DNA of 64,000 nucleotides from Eledone cirrhosa (lineage: Eukaryota). How positions within the stretch are numbered: position 1 is the stretch's first letter; each line of letters opens with the position of its first letter. The stretch lies in NCBI GenBank assembly GCA_964016885.1, contig OZ024740.1, positions 2,728,001 to 2,792,000 of the forward strand. The letters run 5' to 3'. Under the pieces are notes generated by a model that was not told where the DNA came from, ran no database searches, and saw nothing but the letters and a program-made list of their open reading frames with translations. Of this stretch, positions 51,818-64,000 are shown in pieces. A program made the position numbers and the translations under genes.

Positions 51818-52539
51818 AGTGGATATGAGAATAATACGAAAGGCATGGCTTTTATAGAAGCGTGGTGTTAGACCAGAACAAGAACATCAGTAACAAAATA
51901 TCTAGATAGTGAATAATTAATACAATAACATCAATACTAGTAAGAAATAGAACATGATGATAAAACAAGCATGGTAAACAAACAGAGATGATACAGATGT
52001 ATGAAGTGACATGCGAAACCTACCATAGGGTACATTAGAAGTAGTAGTAGTAAAGTGATGAATTAACGTAGTTGAAGGGATAAATAATAAAATGTACTTA
52101 GAGTCAGATTTTGGAATCTCCACTTTAAGTGCAATTATGAGAGATTTAGATACAAATGAACTGTGGGTCTGAAACACGAACAACAATAAAACAGAGATTG
52201 ATTTATGGTTTGACAGATAAGTGCTTGTAGTAGGTATTTTCTCCTGTTGTATCAACTTAGTGAGATTGGTGGAGGGAGTGTATAGAGATTTATGGTTCTA
52301 TGGTAGCTGGTATTAAGTGAAATTGTGGATTCAGTATGTTAAGGTTTAGGTCGTTTATTCTAAATTTTGGGATTGCTAGTTCAGCGTATAATTAAGACAA
52401 TAACATCAAAATAAAACATGCATGGTAAAGAGATAGAGAACATGACGAATAAAATCAGGGATAGGGTACATTGAGATGATAATAATAATAAGAAGAAGAA
52501 AATAAGAGTTTCAAAGGAGTGTAAGAGTAATAAGATAAT

Positions 52540-52725
52540 TGTTTCTACATTTGGCACAAGGCCAGTAATTATCCCAGTGCATTACTGGTACTTTATTTTA
52601 TCGACCCCGTAAGGATGAAAGGCAAAGTTAACTTCGGCGGGATTTGAACTCAGAATAGCAAGGGCCGTAACTCTATGCGTCAAAGCATGGCGTCCGACCC
52701 TCTACCGATACTGCCAATCCATGCC
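52540..52725 (-). mobile_element. tRNA-derived SINE, full length, with 18-bp TSD
   Basis: Same family as 46177-46354. TSD taagagtaataagataat at 52522-52539 and 52726-52743, repeated again at 52745-52762. Confidence 0.93.
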
Positions 52726-52864
52726 TAAGAGTAATAAGATAATCTAAGAGTAATAAGATAATGTACTTAGAATTAAGTTCATCTGTTAGAGTTCATGGGT
52801 CCTAATATGAGATATGTAGATATAATTGTGTGGTCCGAAAGAATAAACAACAGCAAAGACGAGA

Positions 52865-53763
52865 TTGATTTAGTCGTTAGTCGTGGGTTCACATATATAT
52901 TGACCTGTATCGCTCGTTTCTCTCGGTGTCCTGAAGTCATACCCATAGTGGACATAACAGCAGAGTCCGTTGCCCGAGGTTTCATTTCCAATTGGATTGC
53001 TCGCTTTGGTGTTCTTTCTAAAATAACTAAGGATCGTGGATGACAGTTCGAGGCTTCCTTATTTCGTGAAATATCACGACTCTTGGGTGCTCATCACATT
53101 CATACGACCAGCTAGCACCCAGCCTCTAACGGAATGGTGGAGAGGTTTCACAGACAGTTGAAAGCTGCACTCCGCGCTACTCCTCATCCGCAACGTAGGA
53201 CCGAATTCTTGCCAATTGTGCTTCTTGGTTGTCGTTCTGCAATTAAGACAGATTTAGGTTTCTCTTCTGCTGAACTTCTTTATGGTACCACAATGACTCT
53301 TCCTGGCCAAATGTTAGCACCGGTGGATTCATTGCAACTTGACCCAGCATCATATGTCACCAGGATTCGTTCGTATTTCTCGGATCTTCCACCGATGAAC
53401 CCTCGTGACCAGTCTATTTCTTCTGCTGTTCCATCGGACATCTCTACGTGGACGCATATTTTTATACGGAATGATTCCATCAAGGGACCGCTTACGTCAC
53501 CCTATAAAGGACCTTTCCGTGTGCACACACCAAAACACTTTATAGTGGCTGTCAATGGTCGAAAAGAGATAATATCCGTTGACAGAGCAAAGAAGGCTTT
53601 CTCTGAAAGTCTCATTTCATTGCCTGACACACCTCGCACATACACTCCCACACCAACACCTTCACCTCCCCCGCAAACACCACATACCACACAACGTTAT
53701 GTCACACGTAGTGGCAGAACAGTGAAATGGCCAAGTAAACTGTCAAAAACTGTGTATGTTTAG
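52865..53763 (+). mobile_element. Ty3/Gypsy LTR-retrotransposon integrase fragment (pseudogenised)
   Basis: GFTYILTCIARFSR..WIARFGV..ITKDRG*QFE...HTTS*HPASNGMVERFHRQLK, a GPY/F motif PYKGPFRV, and C-terminal VTRSGR. Confidence 0.92.
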
Positions 53764-53844
53764 CCCCTGTTGGCATTAACATCTTTTCTCTCGCTACAAT
53801 GACCTTCGGTTGGTCATTCGACTTCTCGTCTGAGAGGGGTGTCT

Positions 53845-54068
53845 TGTAGCGTTCTCTAGACAAAGGGAAGTAGCTGGAGTTACTTCCCGTTGGATTCTAG
53901 AGGATTCCTTGAACTTCCGGTCTAGGAATTATAAAGGAGGGAGAAAAGAGACATTTTCGCTTTTTTAGCGACCGGCTCTCGGACAGTTCACTCACGAGCG
54001 AGTTTGCTATAATCTTATTATATCTGTATCGAATTAAATTAGTGGTTGGCCTGCAGTGGTGTTTACCA
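53845..54068 (+). mobile_element. Putative 3' LTR of the Gypsy element
   Basis: Purine tract gagagggg at 53832 precedes TGTAGCG. There is an internal TATAAAGG and the segment ends ...tttacCA. The end point is inferred because no second LTR is in the window. Confidence 0.6.
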
Positions 54069-54409
54069 AAGTAAGTAACCCTGTGACCAACTCACTAAAG
54101 GAGGATGTGGGTTAATGTGAAATGTGTAGTTACGTGTGTGCGAAAATGGTGCAAATGTCTGCGTGTGTCTAAGATTCAAAATGGATGTCGGTGTGTACGT
54201 ATGTGGATGGTAAAGATCCGGAGGTAAAATCGCGTCGATATCCACGTGATAGATTCATTGTGGTAGGGTCGAAAAAAATGGCAAGGAAGAGGTGGAATGT
54301 TATAGGGTGCGCGCCACAGGACGTGGTCAAGATGGTCAAGTCAAAGGAGTGGAAGGAGAGTGTGGCAAGGGTGAAGATGTCAGGGCAATGTGTGAGAGGG
54401 ATACATATA

Positions 54410-55231
54410 TCATTATCTATAAAAGGCAGATTTTTGTGTCTGTATGTATGTTTCAATTTTATACATTTACACAATTCCAAAAATATTGAATGAATAATTA
54501 AGCAGAATGTTTACAAATATTCTAACTTGGGTCATGGGCGAACTTATTGGGTAAAAAATGCCACAATTACGGAAAAATCGATTTATTTCAACAATCGATG
54601 ATTTCTCCTCTCTCATATGATATACGTTTCCTATATCTACTCCCTTCATCACCTCCCCTTAAAATTGCTACCTTCTCTTATAAGTGTTTGTGAAGAAGAG
54701 AAACATTGAAAAAAAACATATACACACATATATGTGGGTGCATACACACACATATATGTTGGTATGGTTACGATTGACGTCATAGAAACAGGAACGTTGG
54801 AATTTCAATAAATCAACGCATACACAGTTTGTTTTAGAAATAACAATAGCATATAATGATAAAGAGGGATATAATGATAAAGAGGGAGAGAGAAACAAAC
54901 AGACACACTAAAAGACGGATATATGTGTGTGTGTTTGTATTAGCGCGTTCAAACTCCATTTCGAAGCTGACTTTCATTTACTAAACTGTAAGTTTTTCAA
55001 TCGGCCTTACACTTTCAAACTATATTTTTCTGTATAAGTAACTTTAACCCTTTATTTTCGACATAAAAATACACACATACATACAAAGATCTGTAAAGTT
55101 TTTTGGGGGCCTTTCTTATCAATCTTTTTACATTCAATTATCAGCCTTATACTTTCAAAGTCAATTTTTATGTTGAAGTAACTTTCAACCTTTAATACAT
55201 ACATACATACATACATACATACATACATACA

Positions 55232-55263
<32 letters not shown>

Positions 55264-57907
55264 CACACATACATACATATACACACATACATACAAATAT
55301 CTGTCACTTAATTTACACACACATCGGCCTTACACTTTCATGCACACATACATACAAATACCTGTAAATTTTTTTTGGGGTCCTTTCTTATCAATCTTTT
55401 TACATTCAATTATCAGCCTTATACTTTCAAAGTCAATTTTTATGTTGAAGTAACTTTCACCCTTTATTTTTCGATACCCATTTACTTACTAACATTTGTA
55501 TCACAACAACAATAACAATATTCATAAACAGACAGTAGACTTTCAAAGTCAATTTTTCTGTAGAAGTAACTTTCACCCTTTCTTTTGGACATAAAAGAGA
55601 AGTCGCCTCAGTCGACATACCGCGTCAGCAGTGGCGCAAAAGGCTACTATAGCAAACGAGTCCTCTGAGGAAAATGCTTCAAGACTTTCACAGACAGCCT
55701 TACGTTCAGCAGAATGTCGAGCCGCTGAAAGTTTCCAACAGCGCACCGCACGCATAGCCAAAATGGCTTCATACCAGGCTTCTTCCAGGGCTTCAGAGAG
55801 CTATGAACAGAGGTCGAAGCGCCTGGCTAGAAACGATGCGACTAATGCTGCTTCCAGGTCTTTGGAACGTTTAAAACAACGGACGGCTCGCCTTCCTACG
55901 AGCGCTGCGGCTATGACTACTTCCATGGCTTCTGAAGATGCAGACGGGCGGTCCATTAGCATTGCAAATGTTGCTTCTGCTATTGCTGCCAGACCTTCCC
56001 ACCAACCACACAACCAATGTTCTACGTTCAAGTGTAACAGTCGACGGCGAGAAGCTGCACGCGGTGTGACGAGCCCCAACAGCCCTTACTGGTACCTACG
56101 GGCTTTCAAGTATGAGCAAAACGTTAATTACTCGATGCGCTCTGACATAAATATAGGCGAGATGCGCTTCAATTGCCAATTCTGCAATGCTACAAAGTGG
56201 GCTGGGGAGCCACCTGCAATGTGCTGCTTAAACGGTAAGGTCACCTTGCGCCCTCTTACGGAACCGCCAGAGCCTTTGAAGGAACTACTGACTGGTTATA
56301 CCTCAAGGTAAAAAAAAAAACCCCTGATCCCCCCAATAAAAAACGCTCCTGGGAGTACCGGAAAAACTTTTGTAACGAATTTGATTCTCGCTAAGATTCG
56401 TCAGGAGAAAAAAGTTGCGTTGTCCGTTGCATCGTCCGGGATCGCTGCTACTTTGCTGCCGGGAGGCAGGACAGCACATTCAACCTTTAAACTCCCTTTG
56501 GATTTAGTAAAAACTGAGACACCAACATGCAATATCAGCAAGAGTTCACACAAAGCACTGGTTCTCAAAAGATGTTGCCTCATTGTTTGGGATGAGTGCA
56601 CAATAGCACACAAGGGTGCCCTTGAGGCATTGGACAAGGCCCGGAAAGACATTAGGGATTCTACGGCTCCTATGGGTGGCGTAACCCTTCTGCTATCAGG
56701 GGATTTTCGGAAAACGTTGCCTGTCATCCCCAAATGGACAAGAGCTGATGAACTGCGTGCCTGTCTTAAGTCGTCCATGTTGTGGCTCCAGGTGAATAGT
56801 TTGTACCTGAGCACAAATATGCGTGCTCAATTGCATGGTGACAACATGTCTGCAGCACAGAACATTTTAGCACTTGGTGAGGGCAAGATCCCTGCGGATG
56901 ACAAGGGCGGCATAGCAATCGACACCCTGTGCAACATTGTGAGCAGCCCTTCTGACCTTTGGGAAGCAGTTTTTCCTAATGTCTCATCTAACTTTAAAAA
57001 CCTCGATTGGCTCAGCGAAAGAGCCATCCTTGCTCCGAAAAATACCATGGTTAATTTTATTAACGAGCAGCTGATTGAGAAGATTCCCGGTAAAGAGCAC
57101 ATCTTCAAATCAGACCCCGACGATATCGTTAATTATCCGGTTGAGTTATTAAATCTCCTTGAGCCCCCAGGGCTCCCACCTCACATTATTAAGCTTAGGG
57201 TTGGCTGTCCCATTATGCTAATAAGGAACTTGCGTCCACCAAAGCAGTGCAACGGTACTCGCATGGTCGTCAAGTCACTGACACCCACTTGATTGAGGCC
57301 ACCATTGTAACGGGGTGCGGAAGAGGGGAGAATGTTTTCATTCCAAGGATGAACCTTTTCCCCTCGGCGTCAGATATCCCGTTCGATTTCCGGCGATCCC
57401 AATTCCCGGTGAGACCATGTTTTGCCATGTCCATTAACAAGTCACAAGGGCAAACATTGTCGGTGGCGGGCATCCATTTGGACGAGCCATGCTTCTCCCA
57501 TGGCCAACTTTATGTTGCCTGTTCCCGCGCAGGGAGCTGGAATGGACTTTTTGCTTACTCTCCTCAACGGATGACACGCAATATCGTTTACAAAGAGGTG
57601 CTATAGATGTTGGAGCTATGCCGTCTGGAACACTATATCCTGGTAGGGTATCCAATGGCGGACAGATCTGACACCCAGCGGCATCAGGGCCACCATCTTG
57701 CAACTTTGGTCTACTAAATTCGCTATTGGAAGATTATTAACCCATCATTGATTGACCAAAATGCTAATTGGTTCGTAACTTTTAATAACCGGTTCAACTG
57801 CTTTATGCACTTAATTGATAAGCTTATTCGCTTTCAAACCACGTTTACCTGTATGTAACTTTTCATAGCAAATGAACAAACCCGAGCAACGCCGGGCTAA
57901 ACTGCTA

Positions 57908-57908
<1 letters not shown>
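54410..57908 (+). mobile_element. Internally deleted Helitron (RepHel N-terminus plus Pif1-like helicase; Rep nuclease absent)
   Basis: 5' A|TC start, approximate. CQFCNATKWAGEPPAMCCLNGKV motif, then helicase motifs GSTGKTF, VASSGIAATLL.GGRTAHS.F, IVWDEC, GDFR, LIRNL...CNGTR, QFPVRPCFAMSINKSQGQT, FSHGQLYVACSR. 3' hairpin cccgagcaacgccggg followed by CTAG|T. Confidence 0.93.
56345..57606 (+). pseudogene. Helitron Pif1-family SF1B helicase coding region, frameshifted at about 57285
   Basis: ORFs 56381-57292 and 57247-57606 carry consecutive helicase motifs. Confidence 0.9.
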
Positions 57909-57958
<50 letters not shown>

Positions 57959-58479
57959 GGCGTGTCTAGGGAAAATGGCACCCAAAGCAAGCACTAAAAT
58001 TGCGCCCCTGTCCAAACATCTAACACCAATCTTGTTTTTATTTATATTTATTTTATTCAAATATATCTAGCTAGAGAGTATTGTAGTAGGATATAGAACT
58101 AACTATTCAGTTGAAGAAGAATTCAAATGACTATGAAATGGGAATGCGAATTGAGGAATTAATTTGTAAGGTAAATGTGTGATAAGGATGAGATTAATAA
58201 GGAAAATAACCAAATCCAAGCACTCTTCATTAAATAAAAGTTTTACTTAACCATTTTAATTTAATCAACAGCTTTTTTCAAAGCCAACAATCAATGTCAT
58301 TTATTGTTATTTGAAGAGTGAGTACATTGTTTTAGACGCCCTGTGACGCTTTATATTTTTAAAAATAAAACTATATCAAAATGAGTTACAGAATAGTTTA
58401 GTTGTAAGACAAATAAGTATTTGTTTATTTTATGCATTTATTCATTAATAAAGTCAAGCTCGTTTACAAGCAAATTAAT

Positions 58480-58933
58480 TTCATCATGTCACCAAAACAC
58501 AGCTCATCTATCGGGGGTGGGGGTGGTACAATTTTTGTCAAACGGTTGAAATTTTCAAGCGAAAGAGAAACTCACGAACAATATATAAAAATGACTTGAG
58601 AATAAAGGGACAAGTCAACATTGTGACATTCAGCAAAATATGAGACGGGAAACATAAATGTTAAGACAACAAGAAAGACGATCGCAACTTTCTGAAAGTG
58701 TACAGAACCTGAGACAGGAAACAGAAAGATTAAAACAAGAAGAAAGACTTTTGCAACAAATAGAAGTTCAATATGAAAATCAGCAAGAGTTGACAGTTAC
58801 GATGCAAACTCGACGAGCACAAAGAACTCTTCAAGGCAGAATAAACTGTCTAAGAGCTGCCAATACAGTCGTTTTCTCTTTTATCCGTCTTCGCTTAACT
58901 GTTATCCCTGGTGAAACCAGGTACCTCAGCTAC
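58480..58933 (+). mobile_element. Probable non-autonomous Helitron remnant
   Basis: 3' hairpin cctggtgaaaccagg followed by CTAC|T, a variant of CTAG. An upstream Q/E/R-rich peptide resembles RepHel N-terminal repeats. The left boundary is uncertain. Confidence 0.5.
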
Positions 58934-58983
58934 TATATTATATATTAACTCTTTAGCATTTACATTATTCTATACTTACTAGT

Positions 58984-59168
58984 AGATTTGCAGTATCGGT
59001 AGAGAGTCGGACACCATGCTGTGAAGCATAGAATTACGTCGCTTTATGATCTAAGTTCAAATCCCGCCGAGGTTAACTTTGCCTTTCATCCTTACGGGGT
59101 CGATAAAATAAAGTACCAGTAATGTACTGAGTAATTGTTGGCCTTGTGCCTAAAATAAAAACAATTAT
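58984..59168 (+). mobile_element. tRNA-derived SINE
   Basis: gcagtatcggtagagagtcggacaccatgc...aagttcaaatcccgccgaggttaactttgcctttcatccttacggggtcgataaaataaagtacc. Confidence 0.92.
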
Positions 59169-59952
59169 ATTTTCACAGTAAAGGCTTTATTTTACATAAT
59201 TATATATGTAATATCGAATCTACAAGATTTTGATGTCACTTACTTTGAGAACAATACCTTAATATCGGTATGAGCAGGCAGTTACAGCTGGTTTGAAAGC
59301 GGTAAGAGAATTCTGGCCGGATATGGCTGGTTTAAATGTTAAAGGGTTAATAACAGGTAAACAATAAAGATTTGAGTACTTACCTAATTTATGGAAAATA
59401 ATGTCGATCTGTTGTAAGTTGTGATGTAGTCTTTATAGATGTCTCAATCAAGCTTTATCTGGTCTTCACTTTCTTTAGTTATATACTAGTATTATTTACA
59501 TACTTGGCCATTAGCTACTGTACAAGATGACGATATATAACAATTGAAGCGTTGTTTAAAAATAAAAATATTTTGTGTTCTCACTGGATCGATTGAATAA
59601 AGCTACATCTGCTGACAAGTAAATTAGCCAAGGGTACATATTTAAACACACTCACTTTTAAACCGTATATTTTTACCTATGTTGCGTTTTCGAATAATCG
59701 TTATCGACCCAGTTATTAATTTCTAAAGATTTTTTTTCTAACCCCACCGCTCTTATCCGCCCCCCCATCCCCGCTTATTAAAAGTTGACAATTTTCTTTA
59801 TACATTAGAAAATATAAATGATTAAAAAAGTACATTACTAGAAATCTCATACGTTATCAAATATATAGGATGGGTTGGGGGTCTCAATATGTAAACTAAA
59901 CAACTAATTCTGGTTTTTAAAATAATCAACGGAGATAACCAAAAAACATTAA

Positions 59953-60276
59953 TCTATATATCTAACACAGAGAATGTCTGTCTGTCTGTCTGTCTGTCTG
60001 ACTCCCTAAAACTCGAGAACCACCCAACCGATTGTTTTCAAACTTTACACATGTAATACTTATGGTCGTGTGAGTGTTTTGAGCAAAACATATTTCCAAT
60101 TTCCAATGCCATAGGGACCGCATTAGGTGATTTAGCGATCTACTTTATAATTCTTAGTCTTTCTGTTTAGATAGATACATAGATATAACGTCGCGCCCTT
60201 ATAATATCTGTCTGTATGTCTGGCTGTCTGCATTACGACATTCTGACGCTATCTTTGTGTGTGTATGTATATATAA

Positions 60277-60317
<41 letters not shown>

Positions 60318-60601
60318 CGTGTAACGTTTTTCGAAATATTTACTTCTGCGTTCACAGATTGATTTTTTTAGTTTCAGAAGATCCCGTTAAGGGTGAAAGC
60401 AGCGATTCTTTGCTTATACTTTAATCTGTTATTTTAATATATATATATATAATTATATATTCGTGTACAGATATTTTTGTATACACAATAACAAAATATA
60501 AGCAAACGTATTTATTTCACGAGGCTCGATAAGGATAAATATATATCAAATATATAAGAACTCTAGAGCAAATCCCGAGCAACACCGGGCCATTCTGCTA
60601 G
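59953..60601 (+). mobile_element. Non-autonomous Helitron
   Basis: Begins A|TCTATATATC with (TGTC)n near the 5' end. Ends in hairpin cccgagcaacaccggg and ...ctgCTAG|T, nearly identical to the terminus at 57881-57908. Confidence 0.88.
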
Positions 60602-60788
60602 TATATTACTAAAAGTTTGTGATTGCTTGCTTGCTTGTCTGTAATGTAATACAGCCGAAAGGGCGCATAATGGGAAAATACTTTGAAAGGAAGTTAAGCC
60701 TGAAATGGGAATACAAATGGAATAAAACAAGTTTCGCATAAATCGAAGCACGGGTTCCCGAGATATGGGGTTTTCTGGATACCTTCAT

Positions 60789-61010
<222 letters not shown>

Positions 61011-61097
61011 GGTAGTGTTGTATATATATATATGTTTGTATATGTGTGTGTGTCTATGACCAGTGTATATAGATCACCGACACCCACATATATATAT

Positions 61098-61137
<40 letters not shown>

Positions 61138-61217
61138 ACAAGCACACACATTTATATATATACATACGCACACGTATATATATGGGTCACGTTCACTTTA
61201 AAATATTTTTTAAATAA

Positions 61218-63145
61218 TTAAAATATACCCAGACATGGATATAATGTAGAATGAAACTGGACGGCTAGAAGATGCGTACACATCGTAGCCGCCGAAGATC
61301 TGTGCGAAGGCCCGTGCTTCGAGAGATTCTGGTCTCGCTGATGGCCACTACATCTATGTTTTGTGACCTCAGGTCGTTGAGCAGGTGTTTCGCTTTTTGG
61401 TGACTTTTGTGGTGTTGGTGATGGTGGTCTTGGGGTTAATGATGGTGATGGTGTATGTGGTGATGGGGTTGGTGATGCTGGTGTGGATGGTAGCATATCC
61501 GTCCTAACTTTTTTGTTTGATAGTTTATTTGTTTCCCTCTGTATTTTGTTTTTGGAGAGGGTAGGAAGAGAAAGTTTTCTTTTTTGGTTTCTTTTTTCCT
61601 TTTTCCTGATACCGTTTCTCACTCCTCGTCGTCACAATCTGTCTCCAGTGCGATAGGTCGGGAAGTGGAAAATCCTCCACAGGCGTTGGTTTGGGTTGTG
61701 GCGTGGTGGATTGTGTAGACGCTGTGCTAGTTCTGGCGCGTTGGGTGGTGGTGGTGTTGGTTTTGCTACTGTTGCTGGGATTGTTGCTGTTACAGTTGCT
61801 TCTGTTGTTGCTGCTACAGTTGTTTCTGCCATTTCTGCTGCTGGTGGTGTTGATGGTTGAGTCACTGGGGTGGGTAAGAGAGGTGGCCTCAACCTTTTAG
61901 CCTGAGGGCAGAAAGCCCTTAGGTGGGTTCCTTCATCACAAACAACACACATAGGCCTTCTGCCCTCGACCATTACGGTGAGGTGGCTGCCGTCAGTGAG
62001 GTCTATTACCTCTGGGATCTCCTCAATGCTTTTTTGGTCCGCTTGGATCAGGAGCTCCATCCCAGATCCGGACCAGTTCTCCTGCTTTTCTTTAGCTATT
62101 TCGATTATCTTGGTGTTGGCCTCGATGCCGGCGAGGACGGCAGCTATTAGCCAGGAAATTTCGATGGCCGGTGGAACAGTAGCTTGGGACGAGTGTGAAA
62201 TAGTCACTCCATGGAGTGTTCTCTGGCCTTCTGTGATGTTCCAAAGAACACGACCACGGTTCCATATTTCTGCCCACGTCTGATGTGGGTTCTTTTCGCC
62301 CACACATGTCCCAAAGCTTTTTGGATTTGGGACTCGGATGCCCGTTCTACTCGGCGCGATTTTATGTTAATTGTCCGATAAGACACGGTGCATAGGCGCC
62401 GATGACGATTTTATTAGGTGGGGGTGAGGCTGATCCTGTACCCATCTTTATTTACCATTCTCTTGACTTCATCTAATTCCTCCCGAGTTACCTGGATTGC
62501 TTCGCACTTTTTTGCTGCTTTGGCAAAAGACACGGTGGTTTTTGAGTTATTCTCATTGTTGTTGTTGCTGTTGTTGTTATCGTTACTTTTGTTATTGTTA
62601 TTTTTAGTTTCAGTTGTGGTGGTGGTGGCGTCAGTGGTGTTCGGTGTGGAAGAGTCCATTCTGGGTGAATCCATTTCGATGGCACAAGATAATTTATTTT
62701 TTTCTTTTGTTTCTGTTGTCGCTGTGGTGGTGGTGGTGGTGGCGGCTTCAACACCTGCAGTCATTGGTAATGGCGGGAAAGGAATGTCTGCATGAGACAA
62801 ATTTAAATTATTGCTACTGCTCATATTTTTAGTGTTGGCAAACGTAGTAATATTTACAATGGTGGTGTTGGTGTGAGGTGTTAGTTTGTGAGGAAGGTTC
62901 TCAGCTACTTGGTGTAGCTGTGAGTCGTCCATGATTTTTTCAAAGAAATTTTTTGTTTGATAATTATAAAAGTTTAAATTTTGGGCTCAAGACCCCAATC
63001 TTTTGAGTGTCCTTTTCCGAAAGCAAATTTTGTGACTTTATAAATAGTTAACAACAAAATGTTTACATAAATGGCAATTTTAAATAAACGAAACCAACAA
63101 ACCTTTGCAGGGCTCACGATGATACGATTTCCTACGTAGGTCCCC

Positions 63146-63202
<57 letters not shown>

Positions 63203-64000
63203 GGGAAGAAGACGCACGAGGTGACGGAGGTCATGAAATCGCTCCCGTAAGTTTTGAATTTTTAACATATTTAAATCATTTGTGAAATAACAACTCTTAG
63301 TACAAATGCTACGTAAAGCACCCGGCTTGAGCCCCAAAAAATTCGGACCCAAAATATATTGTTATAAGGCTCAAATATTCAAATATTCAACTTTGTATTG
63401 TACACTGTATATCCCAAAAAAAATGGCTATAAATGGAAGAAGAAGAGCCCCCCCCCCCCTCCTCTCCTCTGGCTACACTATATAGGACAGCTAAACTCAC
63501 CAACACCAGAAACTAGATACACCACCCACCCCATCATCTGTGTACACTAAACACAACAGCATTTTCACCTTCACCGCCACCGCTCACTACGGCCATCATT
63601 ACCACCACTATCCCATCACCGCCGCCACCACCCCTTGACTCCTTCACTGCTGCTGCCACCGCTACAGCACCATCACTACAGTAATACGGCTCAAATATTC
63701 AAATATTCAACTTTGTATTGTACACTGTATATCCAAAAAAAAATAAAATGGCTATAAATGGAAGAAGAAGAACCCCCCCCCCCCCCCCTCCTCTCCTCTG
63801 GCTACACTATATAGGACAGCGAAACTCACCAACACCAGAAACTAGATACACCACCCACCCCATCATCTGTGTACACTAAACACTACAGCATTTTCACCTT
63901 CACCGCCACCGCTCACTACGGCCATCATTACCACCACTATCCCATCACCGCCGCCACCACCCCCTGACTCCTTCACTGCTGCTGCCACCGCTACAGCACC
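61218..64000 (-). mobile_element. 5' part of a Tx1/L1-like LINE: upstream region, (ATT)n, decayed gag-like ORF1 with CCHC knuckle
   Basis: The ORF starts at 62932 (MDDSQL...) and is broken by stops and frameshifts. CVVCDEGTHLRAFC is a CX2CX4HX4C knuckle, preceded by LTVMVEGRRPM. No ORF2 is seen. Confidence 0.7.
63368..64000. repeat. 320-bp tandem duplication (at least 2 copies, runs off the right edge)
   Basis: ggctcaaatattcaaatattcaactttg recurs at 63368 and 63688, with near-identical downstream sequence. Confidence 0.93.

Noticed and set aside
57955-58030. hAT-like MITE terminus (also ...ggccctg at about 30560)
   Set aside because: Only single, degenerate ends are seen, with no matching partner TIR or TSD.
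45568-59168. tRNA genes at the A/B-box sites
   Set aside because: No cloverleaf can be formed. Each continues into a shared non-tRNA core and two have TSDs, so they are SINEs.

Overview
Repeat-dominated animal genomic DNA. The SINE family resembles cephalopod (octopus-type) SINEs from recall, which is unverified inference. Bases 1-29331 are one satellite array of about 1,000 monomers (29-bp consensus TAGAATGGTAGAGTTGTTAGAACGTCAGA) with several layers of higher-order repeats. The monomer aligns without gaps to the A-box head of a tRNA-derived SINE found elsewhere in the window. The array also runs directly into the B box and body of such a SINE, which suggests the satellite arose by amplification of a Pol III A-box segment. 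The other 35 kb is nested, decayed mobile elements: two Penelope-like elements, six hammerhead-ribozyme-like motifs, an R4/Dong-type RLE retrotransposon, Tx1/L1-like pieces, RTE, CRE-clade pieces, a Gypsy integrase with LTR, Helitrons, SINEs and microsatellites. The only host-gene candidate is a frameshifted HtrL/YibB-family exon on the minus strand. All family calls come from motif recognition by eye; no searches were run.
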